Origin: Nitrospirota bacterium
GTDB lineage: Bacteria > Nitrospirota > Nitrospiria > Nitrospirales > Nitrospiraceae
Assembly (NCBI GenBank): GCA_963703955.1
Contig: CAVPGK010000013.1
Span: 64,001-128,000 of the forward strand
Length of the DNA: 64,000 bases
Reading direction: 5' to 3'
Made by a program: the position numbers and the translations under genes. Below, in pieces: positions 32,496 to 41,980 of this stretch. Within the stretch, counting starts at the first letter, position 1. Every line of letters starts with the position of its first letter. The notes beneath the pieces are model-generated. The model was given only the letters and a program-made list of their open reading frames with translations. It was not told where the DNA came from and ran no database searches.

Positions 32496-33007
32496 ATGCG
32501 TCCACTTGTTTGCTTCATCGCCACGAGTCTGGATGGCTACATCGCCGGACCGGGGGGCGAGATCGACTGGCTCTTCACGGATCAGGACTACGGCTACACC
32601 TCGTTCTACGCCAACGTCGATACCGTCGTCATGGGACGGGAGACGTACGACCTCTGCCTCACGTTCGGCGAGTACCCGTATCCGGGGATTCCCAACTACG
32701 TCTGGTCACGCACCCGTCGCGGCACGGACGAACACGCCACCTTCGTGTCCGGCGATATTGCGGAGTTGTTGAAGGGATTGAAACAGAAGGAAGGACAAAC
32801 GATCTGGCTGGTGGGAGAAAGCCCGCTGGTCGGAGAAGCGATTAAGCACGATCTGCTCGATGAACTGATTGTGTCTGTCCACCCATCGTGCTCGGAGACG
32901 GCGTGCCGCTCCTCCCTCGCGGCCTGCCGAAGACACAGTTTCAGCTCGTGAAATCCGAACCATTCCCCTCTGGCCTGGTGCAGCTGACCTGCCGCAGGAC
33001 TCGCTGA
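32496..33007 (+). CDS. Dihydrofolate reductase / RibD C-terminal family protein (frameshift near 32885)
   Basis: FIATSLDGYIA...VMGRETY...IWLVG; HPIVLGDGVPL in an alternate frame. Confidence 0.85.
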
Positions 33008-33017
33008 TCACAATCAC

Positions 33018-33058
33018 CCGCCGCGCGCGGAGGGTCAAAAAGGTTCTGATACCTTTTC
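33018..33058 (+). repeat. Junction motif copy (TGAYACC-type box)
   Basis: CCGCCGCGCGCGGAGGGTCAAAAAGGTTCTGATACCTTTTC. Confidence 0.7.
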
Positions 33059-33085
33059 ATTCAACAAATTAACCTTGCCACCTTG

Positions 33086-33101
33086 GTAGCTTATAAGCTA
33101 C
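33086..33101. promoter_or_regulatory. Palindromic operator in the TA promoter
   Basis: Perfect palindrome GTAGCTTATAAGCTAC lying between TTGCCA and TACACT. Confidence 0.7.
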
Positions 33102-33110
33102 ACTGTCTGT

Positions 33111-33442
33111 GTGGAGGCGACGCCGAAAGAACTACACATCTACGTGACGGCAAGCGGCCAATCCCCGTTCAGCGACTGGCTGACACGTTACAAGATGGTA
33201 AGGCACGTGCAAAGATCCGGGTGGGGCTCGATCGAGTCAGTCTTGGAAATATGGGGGACTGTCACGGAGTCGGTGACGGCGTCCAGGAACTGCGGATCGA
33301 TTATGGCCCAGGCTACCGTGTGTATTTCGGCCAGCTTGGCTCGACCATCGTCCTGCTGCTTTGCGGCGGCGACAAGAGCACGCAGACCAAGGATATCGAT
33401 CTTGCAAAACAATATTGGAACGACTATCGGAGGCGCACATGA
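33111..33442 (+). CDS. RelE/HigB-like addiction-module toxin (frameshift near 33185)
   Basis: SPFSDWL...GNMGDCHGVGDGVQELRIDYGPGYRVYF...LLLCGGDKSTQ. Confidence 0.9.
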
Positions 33443-33732
33443 AAAAGAGCAAGGCCTATCAAGCGGGACTGATCGAGAGCCTGCGCAATCCCGGTGAGGC
33501 CGAACACTATCTTAATGCGGCGCTGGAAGAAGATGACCCGGAGCTGTTCCTTCTGGCACTACGGAATGTCGCAGAGGCCCAGGGCGGGCTCGCGCAGCTC
33601 GCCGACAAGACGAAACTCAACCGCGAGAGCTTGTACAAGATGCTCTCCGAGCGGGGCAATCCTGAACTGAGAAGCCTCGATGCTCTCCTCCATGCGTTAG
33701 GGTTCCGCCTCGCCGTAGCCAGCTCTCGCTAG
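33439..33732 (+). CDS. Addiction-module antidote (HTH)
   Basis: YLNAALEE...LNRESLYKMLSERGNP. Confidence 0.9.
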   Translation: MKKSKAYQAGLIESLRNPGEAEHYLNAALEEDDPELFLLALRNVAEAQGGLAQLADKTKLNRESLYKMLSERGNPELRSLDALLHALGFRLAVASSR

Positions 33733-33949
33733 CTCGATCGGTGCAAGTTTGGCCTCGTAGGGCAGGCGAAAATGGTTCCTAACACCTTATTCACAGCGCA
33801 TAGACTCAGGTTCGGCGCAGCTCGATCGACATAATCTCATCGCAGGGGCGGTTCGCAGCGCACGCGGGCCGATTCAAGAGCAGGCGATTGGTCGGACACC
33901 CGGGACAGCTCAGATGGCATTCAGCAAAAAAGTGTTTGTCTTCTCCCTA

Positions 33950-34110
33950 TCAAAGATCTGGAGAAGCGCCGCGCTTCGTATGCCAGAGCGCAAGGATCTC
34001 GACCGTCATGGGCTCGGAAATCACACGATAGTACAGATGGTAATGGAGGCGGAGAAATGAATGCAGCGGACACCGGCCAGCTTGACGTTTCGAGCCTGCG
34101 CGCTTGCCGT
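33950..34110 (-). pseudogene. 5'-truncated RelE/ParE toxin remnant
   Basis: ARNVKLAGVR...YHLYYRV...VEILALWHTKRG; cut off at the 34113 motif. Confidence 0.65.
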
Positions 34111-34112
34111 CT

Positions 34113-34152
34113 CGCCGCGCGGACGAGGTAAAGATAGAATGTCCTTGTTTTT
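34113..34152 (+). repeat. Junction motif copy
   Basis: CGCCGCGCGGACGAGGTAAAGATAGAATGTCCTTGTTTT. Confidence 0.75.
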
Positions 34153-34158
34153 GGTCCA

Positions 34159-35340
34159 TCACCCGTCGAGACTCGGGCGAAGGAGAAACGGTCCGTAGAC
34201 CACAGCGAACAGCAGATAGGCGCCGCTCCACCCAACCACAGCCAACCCGAGTACGAGATTCGTCGGGAGGCCAGTCGTCGGCCCGATAACCCTCAGGAGC
34301 GCACCGAGAGTGACCAGCATGTAGATCAAGACCGTCAGAGGACCTGCGTGCCGGGGGCGCCCCGTATGGCCCAAGCTGGCGCGGGTCATCACGGCCAGAG
34401 TCATTACGCCCACTGCGCCGGTTGTGAGCGCATGTACCGCATCCTCCTTCGGCAGACCAATCCCGAGAATCGAGCATCCCAATAAAAGCAGCGACAACAC
34501 CAGCCAGGCATACCCCAGATGCAGAATCAACACCAACGGCTCACGCCACGTGATCCACCCGTGCCAACGCAACAGGCGGCCCAGATTGACCAACCCACCC
34601 GCGATCAATATCCAACCTGTCACTATAGCCTGCGGCTGAACGATCCAGGCTACAGCAGCGAATCCCACCAGGACGACCGACAGAGCATCGTAACGAGAAA
34701 AGGGGGCAGGCTGTTCGGTCCTGCCCTGCTCAATCAGAAGGTCGCCGGTAAAGCTGGGCGTGACCCGCCCACCGATCAGTGCCAGCAGCACCATGACCAG
34801 CGCGAGAGCCATTCGCTCGGGGAGATCCGTGGCCGCGCCGCTCAGGGTCAGCACGTGGAACAGGATGTTGGCGCCGGCATACAGACTGATCAGCCCTCCC
34901 ATCGGCGCATGGAGCCAGCTCTTTCCTGCTGCAATTTCTCGCCAGACGACCCCCGCCACCGCGACAAGAAAAGACGCATCCACGATGGCAGACACGAGAG
35001 GCGTGAGCCGCGGGATGGCGATGAGCACGCGTCCGGCCATCCACAAGGTAAAAAGCAGCATCAGCTCATGTCCTCTGATCGGCGGACGATCGGTCCAGTT
35101 GGGAATCGCCGTGAGCAGGAAGCCAGTGATCACCGCGGGCAGAAATCCGAAGACCATCTCATGCACGTGCCAATCCCGCGCCGGGTAGAGAAATTCCAAG
35201 TCGCCGACTCCAGCAAGAGCGAGAACCCAGGCAGGGAGCGCCACGCCGGCAAACACCGCCGCACCGAGAAAGAACGGTCGAAATCCATACGAAAAGACCG
35301 CTGGTCCCTGGTAGCCAGTCTCGCTCGTGGCGTTGGTCAT
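34159..35340 (-). CDS. nnrS: NnrS-family membrane protein (NO response)
   Basis: GFRPFFL, WHVHEMVFGF, GFLLTAIPNWT, IGGRVTPSFT, MTRASLGHTGR. Confidence 0.95.
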   Translation of the reverse strand: MTNATSETGYQGPAVFSYGFRPFFLGAAVFAGVALPAWVLALAGVGDLEFLYPARDWHVHEMVFGFLPAVITGFLLTAIPNWTDRPPIRGHELMLLFTLWMAGRVLIAIPRLTPLVSAIVDASFLVAVAGVVWREIAAGKSWLHAPMGGLISLYAGANILFHVLTLSGAATDLPERMALALVMVLLALIGGRVTPSFTGDLLIEQGRTEQPAPFSRYDALSVVLVGFAAVAWIVQPQAIVTGWILIAGGLVNLGRLLRWHGWITWREPLVLILHLGYAWLVLSLLLLGCSILGIGLPKEDAVHALTTGAVGVMTLAVMTRASLGHTGRPRHAGPLTVLIYMLVTLGALLRVIGPTTGLPTNLVLGLAVVGWSGAYLLFAVVYGPFLLRPSLDG

Positions 35341-35396
35341 ACGATCGTCAGTCCTCAGTCATTGTGCAGAACGAGGTGTGAAACCGAAGCTTATGA

Positions 35397-35633
35397 TCAG
35401 GCAGCCTTGAGGATCGCCTTTCGGACGGACTGAGGCACTGTGATGGGGAGAAAGAAGCGTTTCGGATAGAGATAGTCATTGCCTGATTCATCGATCACCC
35501 GAACATGGCCATGTCTGGCGGCGCGAGGATCATGGAGAGAAACGTAGATCTTTCTCTTTTCTAGGGACACGGTATACCCTTTGTTCTCGACACAGATGAG
35601 CAAGCGAGCTGATGCGGCTTTAGTCTTTCTCAT
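35397..35633 (-). CDS. Small conserved protein (putative antitoxin/immunity partner)
   Basis: ICVENKGY..SLEKRKIY...RVIDESGNDYLYP..FF; follows a truncated partner gene. Confidence 0.7.
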   Translation of the reverse strand: MRKTKAASARLLICVENKGYTVSLEKRKIYVSLHDPRAARHGHVRVIDESGNDYLYPKRFFLPITVPQSVRKAILKAA

Positions 35634-35643
35634 GGCTGAGCCT

Positions 35644-35711
35644 CATAGAAACCTTTTGACCTTGTATTCCTTCCGACCGATTCCTGTCGCTTCGTACCAG
35701 TGGACTTCAGC
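35644..35711 (-). pseudogene. 3' remnant of the partner gene
   Basis: Translates AEVHWYEATGIGRKEYKVKRFL* and is joined directly to the truncated hicA. Confidence 0.6.
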
Positions 35712-35888
35712 CAGGTGCTGGAACGGTTACGGGAGGACAGCTGGTACCTGGTCGCCACGAAGGGAAGTCATCGACAGTTTAAACATCCGACGAAGCCTGG
35801 TCGAGTCACTGTTGCAGGCAAACCGAGCGACGATTTGCCTCCGGGGAGCTTGAATAGCATCTTCAAGCAGGCCGGTTGGAAGAAGTAG
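35707..35888 (+). pseudogene. hicA: hicA duplicate lacking its original promoter and first codons
   Basis: Matches the first copy from TCAGCCAGG onward; an in-frame GTG at 35700 comes from the neighbouring remnant. Confidence 0.75.
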
Positions 35889-35898
35889 GGAATACGCC

Positions 35899-36111
35899 AT
35901 GCGCTACGCAATCGTCATCGAAAAAGCCGCATCAAATTATGCCGCCTATGTGCCGGACTTGCCTGGATGTGTGGCCACAGGCGCCACGATTCAGGAAACC
36001 GAAACCTTGATCCGCGAAGCGATCCAATTCCATCTGGAAGGTCTTCGAGCCGACAGCCTGCCCATCCCTCCACCCAGCAGCCAAGTGGAGTACATCGAGG
36101 TCTCCGCCTAG
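35899..36111 (+). CDS. hicB: HicB antitoxin (duplicate)
   Basis: Same protein as 32149..32361. Confidence 0.9.
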   Translation: MRYAIVIEKAASNYAAYVPDLPGCVATGATIQETETLIREAIQFHLEGLRADSLPIPPPSSQVEYIEVSA

Positions 36112-36482
36112 ACTCATCTTTGCCTCATCTTATTCGCCCGAAAGACACACGCGCATGCCATCAACCGCCGCGAGCGGACGAGCCGAAGCGGATTCATGAT
36201 ACTTTTCCCAGCTCACGCCTTCCCTTTCTTTCTTAGCGGCTTCAACTCCGGACGTAGCGTATCAATCAGCTCGACTTTGGCGCGGCGGATCTGCTTCAGG
36301 AACTTTTGAATCGCCTTAATTTGTTCTGGGTGTTGCTCCCCGTGTACCGCACCCGGTTTCTTGGACATTTTCTGGTGCTAGTCAGCCCGACTTCTGGTCG
36401 GGTCGCTTGACGATCGTGGCTCCTAGGGCAAATATGAGCGTCGATTTTTGCGACATCGTGAACCATGCTGCCTCTCCTGCGA

Positions 36483-37374
36483 TCATGCCGCCCTAAACGG
36501 GTGCGCGTCGGCTCGAGCTTGCACGGGCGTGCGGTGACCCAATCGTTCAATCAACCACTGAGTGTTGTACCGCTCGATGAACTCCGCGATGAAGCCCCGT
36601 GCCTCTTCGAGACTCGGGAACTGATGCAGATACAGACACTGCTCCTTGAGCGTGCGCATGAACCGTTCGGCCACTCCGTTGCATTCGGGCTCGCCGACAT
36701 AGCTTGGCGAGATCGTGATGCCAAGCCATTTGACCTCGTTGATCCACGCCGCCGCGAGATACTGCGGTCCCCAATCACAGCGCAACCGCAGGCCCCGTGC
36801 CATCTCCTTGGCAAACGTCCCGTAGGCATAGCGGACTCCCTGGCGGATCGGCTCCAGCGCCGCCCACCGATCGCCGATCTTGGCCACATGCCACCCGACC
36901 ATTTCATCCGTATAGTGATCGACGGCCCCAAAGAACCAGCACCAGCCGTCCCGCTCCGTATAGAAGCGGGTCGCATCCGTGCCCCACAGGACGTCGGGAC
37001 GGTCCGTGGTGATCGTGCCGTCGTGCGCGGGGTTCCCATTGGGTGGGCCCAACCGCCGGGGCGCCAGCAAGCCCTGCTGGCGCATCAGCCCGCAAGACGC
37101 GCTTGCCGCCCACGGCGATCCCACGGTGCGCGAGGCGTGCTCGGACCTTGCGGTATCCCTCGCCATGAAACGGACAGCTCGCCAAGACCGTCCGGATCCC
37201 GGCGATGACCTCCGCATCACTCCACCGGGTCTGCGGACCGCGCTTCTGCAGGGGCCGCGTCGATGGCTGAGGGCGTCCCCCAGCGTACACGCTGGAGCGC
37301 GCTACCCGGTAGACCTCACAGATGAGCCGCAGCGGGTAGCGGCGTCCCGTGCCGGGGCTCACACCGCTTCTCAT
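36483..37374 (-). CDS. Transposase OrfB (rve/DDE), frameshift near 37090
   Basis: GEGYRKV; WGTDAT; RCDWGPQY; PECNGVAERFMRTLKEQ. Confidence 0.9.
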
Positions 37375-37729
37375 GGCTTGCGCTTCTTCCACTCGTCCAC
37401 GAGCCCCCTTCAATGAGGTCTTCCGCGAGCTCAAGCCGCATCGTCAACTCCCCGATCTTGGCCCGCGTGCGGATTAACTCCCGGTCTTCCGGCTCAAGGT
37501 GCCGCTTGAGCCCGCGCATGCCGGCATCCAGAAACGCGCGTTTCCAACTCTCCAGTTCATGGGCCGGCACCTGGCTGTCCCGTGAGACGCTGTCGAGGGA
37601 TTCCCCGCGCAGCACGCGGAGCACCAGCTCCATCTTGCGCGGGGCACTCCAGCGCTCCGGGAGATCCTTCGGCTCCGAGTTCGTTGCGCAGTCGTCTGCT
37701 GGTGTGGGCTTCTGCGAGGTGGTTTCCAT
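37371..37729 (-). CDS. Transposase OrfA (HTH)
   Basis: ERWSAPRKMELVLRVLRGESLDSVSR...AKIGELTM; GGAGG RBS. Confidence 0.85.
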
Positions 37730-38087
37730 GTCCGACCTCCTTGGTCACCGTATTGTGAGCTAATTCAGTGTCCAAAGAAACCGGGTCCGATTTACCCGTA
37801 CAACTCAGCGTGCGCATGGGCGATCGTAACCCCGTGAACAATGTCATGCGGTGTGGAACGGATGGGAAGTTTCTTGTCCTCGCTCATAGCCTTCCGTTTC
37901 TACTCTCAGAATACGAGCGCGTCAAGAACGAGCCAGCTATGTCTACCAAGAATCACGCCGGACGCGGTGGGCGGCTGGCGGGCTGGAGAGTCTGATCAGA
38001 TCGAAGGTCCTGACACCGTTTTCTTTCGCCCAGGCTCAAAATGGTTCTAGATACCCAACCTACATTGGGTCAAAACTCAATTATTTT

Positions 38088-38555
38088 TCAGAGAAGCAAG
38101 TCGTCTATTTTCTCTATAACAGCTTTGGCCTTGGCATGATACTCAATAACATCATTTAGTGTGAGGGTTACGGGATTTCCATGTGCTAATGCATTCTTGT
38201 TGGAACAGATGCTATCTAGAGCATACTTGGCATCCTGAGGGAGTGAGTTGATCGCGTTGTTCCACGAACTATTACCAAACTTCCCGAGCAAAGCCTTGAC
38301 ATTTTGAATATCAGGGTTTCTGAAACTAGTACGGACCGATTGTTCTATAAAATTGCTGACCTCTGGCTTCCCTAATTTTTGCGCCATTTCGTTGATTATT
38401 GTTTCAATGCTTTCTTCGTAGATACCTGAAATAAAGACAACCAAAAATCTTGCTAGATATGCCCGCTCGGCGGGAGAAGCAGAAGTAAAACTCTTTATCT
38501 CGGTTACTGCGGCATCGATTTGTAGAAGTGCCCTTTCCGCATCTCGCGATTTCAT
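38088..38555 (-). CDS. HEPN-domain protein (RiboL-PSP/MAE_28990-like)
   Basis: FLVVFISGIYEE, FRNP, and KNALAHG (R/K-x4-H motif). Confidence 0.8.
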   Translation of the reverse strand: MKSRDAERALLQIDAAVTEIKSFTSASPAERAYLARFLVVFISGIYEESIETIINEMAQKLGKPEVSNFIEQSVRTSFRNPDIQNVKALLGKFGNSSWNNAINSLPQDAKYALDSICSNKNALAHGNPVTLTLNDVIEYHAKAKAVIEKIDDLLL

Positions 38556-39619
38556 TCTGAAAATGTTGCGATGGCCATCTTGATTCTACCCTGCACCTGA
38601 TCAATATCTGTTGTCGAGTCTGAGACGGCCTCTTTAAAAGCTTCTTGCGCAACAAGCTTTTCATACTTTTTCTTAGCATCACTTATCTTATTGGAACCAA
38701 TATCCGCCACGGCAACCATTATTGCATCGAAAAGCGCTACATTAATTCCAGACTTTAACCGAAAAGCTTTTGGTCCGAGTTGCTGAAGAATAAAGTCCGT
38801 GGTGCTTTTGAAAATTGTCTCAAGCTTGGCTTTCTTCCTTCGGTGGGGTTCTTGTTTTCTCTCATAAACTCACTAATGAAGTCTTTCATGGGCTTCTTGT
38901 AGTGTACCCAACCTTCTTTTAGGGCAAAAAACCTTAACATCATCTCGATATCCTTCATTCGTGAATCAGGTGATGATTTATTTAAGAGGGTCCTCCAGCT
39001 TACATGGTTATTTAGATCTTCAAGAAATTTATTAAGGCTACCGCTAATTACACAATTTCTTATCTCTTGAAGGGTCAAAGCCATGCCGCCCGTATTGAGG
39101 CGCTCGAAAATTTCAAAAACACTCGAGTGGTCTTGCGGATCTGTTTGTTCGAATATCGTAGCTCTCAGAATTGAGTTTTTCAGTTTCCTCTTGTCCTGTT
39201 CGCTCAGGTCAGAATATGATTTCCCCTCCCATTCCTGCTTCACACTGGTTAACCGAAATGGAGTGCCATCCTCAAAAGTTCCTCGAAGGAAATAGTAAAT
39301 TGTTCGCAACCTTTGTTGGCCATCAACCACCATCAAGTCTTGAGTTTTTTCCTGCCTATATAGAAATATTTGGGGAACCGGTAGCCCAAGCAAGAAAGAC
39401 TCGATTAATTTACTGGCTTTTTTGGTAGTCCAGACATATCTGCGCTGAAAAGGGGGGATAACAATTTCATTGTCTTTTACTTTCAGTGCCAGTATTTCGA
39501 CAGTGAAATCTGTCCCGTAAGTATTGATTTTGTGGGAGAGCCAACATCTTCAAATCCTGGTCCTTTTCTTCCGAAAGAATATTTTCTAACTCGACAAAGG
39601 ACTCGTTTTGGTTTTCCAT
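38552..39619 (-). CDS. DUF262 (ParB/GmrS-like) protein, frameshifts near 39535 and 38830
   Basis: PPFQRRYVW, LIESFLLGLPVP, VVDGQQRL, IFERLNTGG; its stop overlaps the HEPN ATG (ATGA). Confidence 0.88.
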
Positions 39620-39900
39620 GTAATTATTCTACACTTGTAAATGAGAAATTGTCTTGGCCGATACTCCCCTCTTCCGAGATCATGATCGGATTGAGGGAAG
39701 GGGTGCGGGGACATTCTTCTTATCTGCTGATTACGATGAAAATTTCGGTTTCAGGCTACGACTCGCTGCGGCGGCTGTCAACTCACCGAATTGTCGAAAT
39801 ACAACCATTTCCGTTGTTCGGCATGCAGTCACCCGCTCACGCACCAAGGCCCGCAGGACTCCTGTCCTCCCAGGCCATATACATTGACCGAGCAATATAA

Positions 39901-40031
39901 ATGGTCCCTCCAAGCTTGCTCGTTTCGCCCCTAACAGGGGTGGCCTGGATTAGTCCCCAACTGGCACGTCGAACGACACCACAGCTTTATCGTGGGGGTT
40001 CCGTGCGCAAAGGGACTGACCAGGCCGCCCC
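39901..40031. repeat. Intergenic hairpin repeat (MITE/REP-like)
   Basis: GGGGTGGCCTGGATTAGTCCC (39937) pairs with GGGACTGACCAGGCCGCCCC (40012); resembles a repeat I associate with Nitrospira genomes. Confidence 0.55.
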
Positions 40032-40039
40032 ATCTCTTA

Positions 40040-40618
40040 CTAATTGGAGATTACCCCGGGCGCCTGGAGGCGGCTGAGACAGTCCAGCCAGAGTGTGGCC
40101 GGGTCCTTGTCAAAGATGCCGATCGAATCTGGCGGTAACACCGCCCACGCCCCCTGGCGCATTTCATATCCGAGCTGCCCCGGAGCCCACCCGGCAGATC
40201 CGGCAAAAGCCCTGAAGGTTTCGGTCGGTTTGGCCTGCGTAATGATGCGTTCCAGGAGCGTAGGCGTGCCCCCCACATAGACCCCATCGAAGACCAATCG
40301 CGCGTCTGCGGGAGGCTCCTTGGCTTTGAACAGCAAAAGAAGGCGGTTCGGCTCTACGGGCCCACCCGCAAACAGCCGGTAGCTGGTGCCCTTGAGCACG
40401 GTGACCTCCGGCAACGCCTCCGACAGGAGGACGTTGGTAGAGTGATTCAGAATAAGCCCGAGTGTTCCCTCAGGTCCGTGCTCCACAACGAGCACGACGG
40501 CTTGGCGGAAGTTCGGATCATCCAGCGTGGGGCTGGCCACCAAGAGGACGCCTTTCCCGACCGACGACGGCTCGAATTCCATCCCCGCCAGAGCCGGTAG
40601 GGCATGCAGGATGGTCAA
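40040..40618 (-). CDS. YqgE/AlgH-family protein (start uncertain)
   Basis: LLVASPTLDDPNFRQAVVL; GGPV; AGWAPGQL. Confidence 0.9.
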   Translation of the reverse strand: MTILHALPALAGMEFEPSSVGKGVLLVASPTLDDPNFRQAVVLVVEHGPEGTLGLILNHSTNVLLSEALPEVTVLKGTSYRLFAGGPVEPNRLLLLFKAKEPPADARLVFDGVYVGGTPTLLERIITQAKPTETFRAFAGSAGWAPGQLGYEMRQGAWAVLPPDSIGIFDKDPATLWLDCLSRLQAPGVISN

Positions 40619-40747
40619 GAGCGCCCCGAGCAGGAAGCTCGCGATGGCCCTCCGTGCACCAGCGGGACTCGGCGCGCTCGAGTACTCAAGACGGAGGCAG
40701 CATGGGGAAAGCGTATGAGGGACATTCTACATTTCATCCGGAACGGT

Positions 40748-41980
40748 TCAGTCCGCGTGAAGTATGTTCTTTGCCACATAAGCGGCAATCAGGCGATGCG
40801 TGAAGGCGTTCGGATGGCTGTCGTGCTGATGGAGCTCATACTTCGCATTGGGAGAGCTACCCTCATAATCCGGAATAATGTCCGAGACCAGATGAACACG
40901 CACGTGCTGGTTCCGGAAGCCTTCCAGTACGTGGGAAAGAAATTGGAGATAGTCATGGTCATGCTTGCGGAACATATTGTCCCAGAGAATGACATGGAAC
41001 TCGCTCCCTGGATACATCCGTGCTGCAGTGTCCTTGGCTTGGGACACGACGCCGAGAAACAGTTCGACGTCCTCGCTGGACAGGCTTCGCAATGGACTCA
41101 CCAGTTTGTTGTAGATGGATGATTTTCTCAAGATCTTGGACAGGGTATGACCGACTGGCCCGAGCGAGCGCCAGAACTGTTCGATCTGCGAATAGCGGGT
41201 CTCATCCGCTACGGTGTCAAAGTTACCCTCGGCGATCACGCCCCCACTGTCCGTTCGCCGGTATCGCGGTGCGTGTGGGAACCACGTCATGAGCCCCGCC
41301 ACTCGCTCGATGTGATAGGGGATTGCCTGGTAGATGAGGTGTTTGGGTGGCACCGTCACGACAGCATGGACCAGCCCTCCCTCCAGCGCCGCCAACATCT
41401 GCTGAGGACCATAGCCATGGAAGCCGAAATTGTAAATGGCATAGCGCCCATGCGTCAGCAGCCCAGTCATATAGGGCATGGCCTCATTGTCGGCAACCCC
41501 TTCACCGATTGTGTAGGAGCAACCGAAGAATAGGACCGATCCAAGGGCATTTCGGACATCGTATGGAGGAGCTATGCGTAACCCATTCACATCAAAGGTG
41601 TAGGTGGTCTTGTAGATGGGAACCGAGTTAATCCTCTTCACATGGGTCGCCGTATAGTTCTTCCGAGGGATCATCCCCAAGTCGTCGTCGGAGATCCAAT
41701 AGGGATCCTCGCAGCAATACGAGTTGGTCTTTTGCGGCGTGCTGTTCCATACATAGAGTTCACCCAATGCGAGGGCCAACACTGCGGCGCTCAGGTTTAG
41801 CCACACCGCCTTCGATACGGAACCTCTCGCGGTGAACTCAAGATAGAGCAGGGCCAAAAACCAAATCGTGCAGAACCATGCAAAAGGGACGGATGGTGCC
41901 TTGAGGGAAGCAAAAACGGACAGGATCGCGAGACCAAGAACGGCGAGAGGCCGAAATGATTTGCTGGTGCGCTCAGTCAA
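40748..41980 (-). CDS. Membrane-anchored SGNH/GDSL-like hydrolase
   Basis: FFGCSYTIGEG, YNFGFHGYG, DSHPN; N-terminal TM helices. Confidence 0.75.
   Translation of the reverse strand: MTERTSKSFRPLAVLGLAILSVFASLKAPSVPFAWFCTIWFLALLYLEFTARGSVSKAVWLNLSAAVLALALGELYVWNSTPQKTNSYCCEDPYWISDDDLGMIPRKNYTATHVKRINSVPIYKTTYTFDVNGLRIAPPYDVRNALGSVLFFGCSYTIGEGVADNEAMPYMTGLLTHGRYAIYNFGFHGYGPQQMLAALEGGLVHAVVTVPPKHLIYQAIPYHIERVAGLMTWFPHAPRYRRTDSGGVIAEGNFDTVADETRYSQIEQFWRSLGPVGHTLSKILRKSSIYNKLVSPLRSLSSEDVELFLGVVSQAKDTAARMYPGSEFHVILWDNMFRKHDHDYLQFLSHVLEGFRNQHVRVHLVSDIIPDYEGSSPNAKYELHQHDSHPNAFTHRLIAAYVAKNILHAD

Larger units (their letters stand above)
36344..37795 (-). mobile_element. IS3-like insertion sequence (~1.45 kb) with terminal inverted repeats and 4-bp target duplication CCGT
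   Basis: Left IR GTACCGCACCCGGTTTCTTGGACA; right IR TGTCCAAAGAAACCGGGTCCGATTTAC; CCGT at 36340-36343 and 37796-37799. Confidence 0.9.
36213..37887 (-). pseudogene. 72-aa hypothetical gene interrupted by the IS
   Basis: Removing the IS and one CCGT restores MSEDKKLPIRS...HAELY/GEQHPEQIKAIQKFLK...KKGKA* in frame. Confidence 0.75.

Noticed and set aside
33790..33920. Possible tRNA or riboswitch in the intergenic region
   Set aside because: I could not find a cloverleaf, T-loop context or recognisable aptamer by eye.
16701..36207. Junction motif copies as a CRISPR or other guide array
   Set aside because: Spacing is hundreds to thousands of bases and contains whole genes; there are no regular spacers and no cas genes.
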